Part shown: in pieces, positions 62,937-64,000 of the stretch | Numbering within the stretch: the first letter of the stretch is position 1 | Layout of the letters: each line of letters opens with the position of its first letter | Virus record (IMG/VR): IMGVR_UViG_3300024262_003767 | Source: a virus | Reading direction: 5' to 3' (one strand) | Length of the DNA stretch: 64,000 nucleotides | Notes under the pieces: model-generated | Database searches by the model: none | Seen by the model: the letters and a program-made list of their open reading frames with translations, nothing else | Told to the model about the DNA's origin: nothing | Position numbers and translations under genes: made by a program

Positions 62937-62944
62937 TATATATA
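62937..62944 (+). promoter_or_regulatory. TATATATA box
   Basis: 23 nt upstream of the deoC ATG at 62968. Confidence 0.4.
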
Positions 62945-62967
62945 AAAGAAAATTAATCATTAGTCAC

Positions 62968-63768
62968 ATGAAAAATATTACAAGTAGAGAAAAATTTCTA
63001 AAAAAAGTATATGAATATAGTCAAGGAATCCAAGATTATATAGGTTTAGTAGATTATACTATGTTAGGTTTAGATGCCACGGAAGGAGATATACTAGGTT
63101 TGTGTAAAAGAGCAAAAGAATATGGAGTCGCAACTGTTTGCGTTAGACCTAATATGGTATCTTTAGCAAAAAGAGAACTCGATGGTTCAGATGTTGGAGT
63201 TACAACAGTTATATCGTTCCCTGAAGGTACAAATTCTAAAGAAGCAAAATTATTTGAATGTAAGAAAGCGATTTCTGATGGTGCTGATGATATTGATATG
63301 GTTTTAAATTATCAAAAACTTAAAGAAGTATGGAATAAAATTGGTTCCGCTGATGAAGATGAACGTGAAGAGGAAATGTTTGATGTTATCTATTATGAAT
63401 TGGTTGATGAAGTTAAAGCATTAGTGGATATGTGTCATAATGCTAGTAAAATTTTAAAAGTTATTGTTGAATCTGGTAAATTAAATTCTGAACAAACAAA
63501 ATTTGTTACAGAGATATGTATAGAAGCAGGAGCAGATTTTATTAAAACATCAACTGGTATGGTAGATATTGGTGCGGAATTAGATAAAATTAAAATTTTC
63601 TATGATACAATTAAAGAAAAAGGTTCAGATATGTTAATTAAAGCATCAGGTGGAATTAGAACAATTGAAGATATTAAAAAATTCGCACCATACACAGATA
63701 GATTTGGTGTTGGTTCGGGTTCTATTGATAATATGATGGGTGTTAGTTCGGGTAGTTCATCATACTAA
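62968..63768 (+). CDS. deoC: Deoxyribose-phosphate aldolase
   Basis: TVCVRPNMV, VISFPEG, DIDMVLNY, LKVIVESG, DFIKTSTGM (Schiff-base Lys), IKASGGIRT. Confidence 0.88.
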   Translation: MKNITSREKFLKKVYEYSQGIQDYIGLVDYTMLGLDATEGDILGLCKRAKEYGVATVCVRPNMVSLAKRELDGSDVGVTTVISFPEGTNSKEAKLFECKKAISDGADDIDMVLNYQKLKEVWNKIGSADEDEREEEMFDVIYYELVDEVKALVDMCHNASKILKVIVESGKLNSEQTKFVTEICIEAGADFIKTSTGMVDIGAELDKIKIFYDTIKEKGSDMLIKASGGIRTIEDIKKFAPYTDRFGVGSGSIDNMMGVSSGSSSY

Positions 63769-63780
63769 ATGAAATTCTAA

Positions 63781-63828
63781 ATACAAATAAAAAAACCAAT
63801 CATTTTTGATTGGTTTTTTTATTTGTAT
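63781..63828. terminator. Terminator, 22-bp perfect palindrome
   Basis: atacaaataaaaaaaccaatca tttt tgattggtttttttatttgtat. Confidence 0.75.
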
Positions 63829-63868
63829 TTTTTTATTACTTTTGTGACATTATTATAAAATTTTTAAT

Positions 63869-64000
63869 ATGTCATATCATAATAAATTATCAGAAGTCAC
63901 ACACAAATTAAATACTCTTAAAATTAGGGTTACTATTTTATCGGTTTTTACCATATTGATATGGTTATTTAATGTTAGTTTATCAACATCTATTTTACTA
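63869..64000 (+). CDS. Hypothetical membrane protein, 5' fragment (runs off the right edge)
   Basis: Own translation: MSYHNKLSEVTHKLNTLKIRVTILSVFTILIWLFNVSLSTSILL... Confidence 0.3.
   Translation, partial: MSYHNKLSEVTHKLNTLKIRVTILSVFTILIWLFNVSLSTSILL

Noticed and set aside
1-64000. Eukaryotic giant virus (NCLDV) or bacterial chromosome/plasmid origin
   Set aside because: The AT-richness, homing endonucleases and translation genes could fit NCLDVs. However, the gene content is bacterial-type (NusG, S1, HPF, PDF, ClpS/ClpC, PspC, YqiJK). ORFs are overlapping and operon-like with intrinsic terminators, and a T4 gp19-like tube protein is present. A cellular origin is unlikely given the density of small orphan ORFs and HEGs and the lack of any rRNA, tRNA or housekeeping synteny.
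1-64000. CRISPR arrays, tRNA genes, integrase/att sites, alternative genetic code
   Set aside because: I scanned the longer intergenic stretches (7017-7147, 9916-10019, 20018-20113, 26520-26772, 36774-36869, 39281-39402, 52079-52164, 55135-55265, 63769-63868). I found no repeat-spacer periodicity, no cloverleaf-like GTTCRA-type arms and no recombinase. ORFs are long and contiguous in the standard code, so TGA or TAG reassignment is not indicated.

Overview
Very AT-rich (roughly 25-30% GC by eye), almost gap-free coding sequence with about 95 plausible ORFs, mostly on the minus strand. No rRNA, tRNA, CRISPR array, integrase or transposase is visible. It reads as an internal fragment of a large (jumbo-type) tailed-phage genome. 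The phage signals are a T4 gp19-like tail-tube signature, two LamG-type fibre-like paralogues, a Mre11/Rad50 recombination nuclease, nucleotide-metabolism genes (tdk, dNMP-kinase-like, deoC, NDT-like) and at least six homing-endonuclease-like genes. Superimposed is an unusually rich set of bacterial-type host-takeover genes, in five groups. (1) Translation and RNA: NusG, a 4-domain ribosomal protein S1, HPF, peptide deformylase, an RlmN/Cfr-type radical SAM methyltransferase, a CCA-adding enzyme, a stand-alone class-II aaRS core, Tpt1/KptA and a 2H phosphoesterase. (2) NAD+ metabolism: a pncA-pncB salvage operon, plus the NAD+ consumers LigA, Tpt1 and a candidate ADP-ribosyltransferase. (3) Proteostasis: ClpS and a ClpC-type unfoldase, a papain-like peptidase and an M16 peptidase. 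(4) Membrane: a YqiJ/NfeD-flotillin pair and a PspC-domain protein. (5) Signalling: a soluble PAS hybrid histidine kinase and a SpoT-type HD hydrolase. The most striking structural observations are as follows. The mre11/sbcD nuclease gene is split by a free-standing endonuclease gene, and its C-terminal piece is fused to rad50. A palindromic TATATAT(A/T) box sits 14-25 nt upstream of about 20 start codons. A leader-ORF plus terminator/antiterminator structure lies upstream of a YkuK-like gene. A family of long perfect palindromic bidirectional terminators separates several gene pairs, four of them convergent. A basic RK.KL..[IL] motif recurs at the C-termini of a dozen otherwise unrelated small proteins. 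All functional calls are motif-level readings of the translated ORFs. No database search was possible, so family assignments need HMM or structure confirmation.
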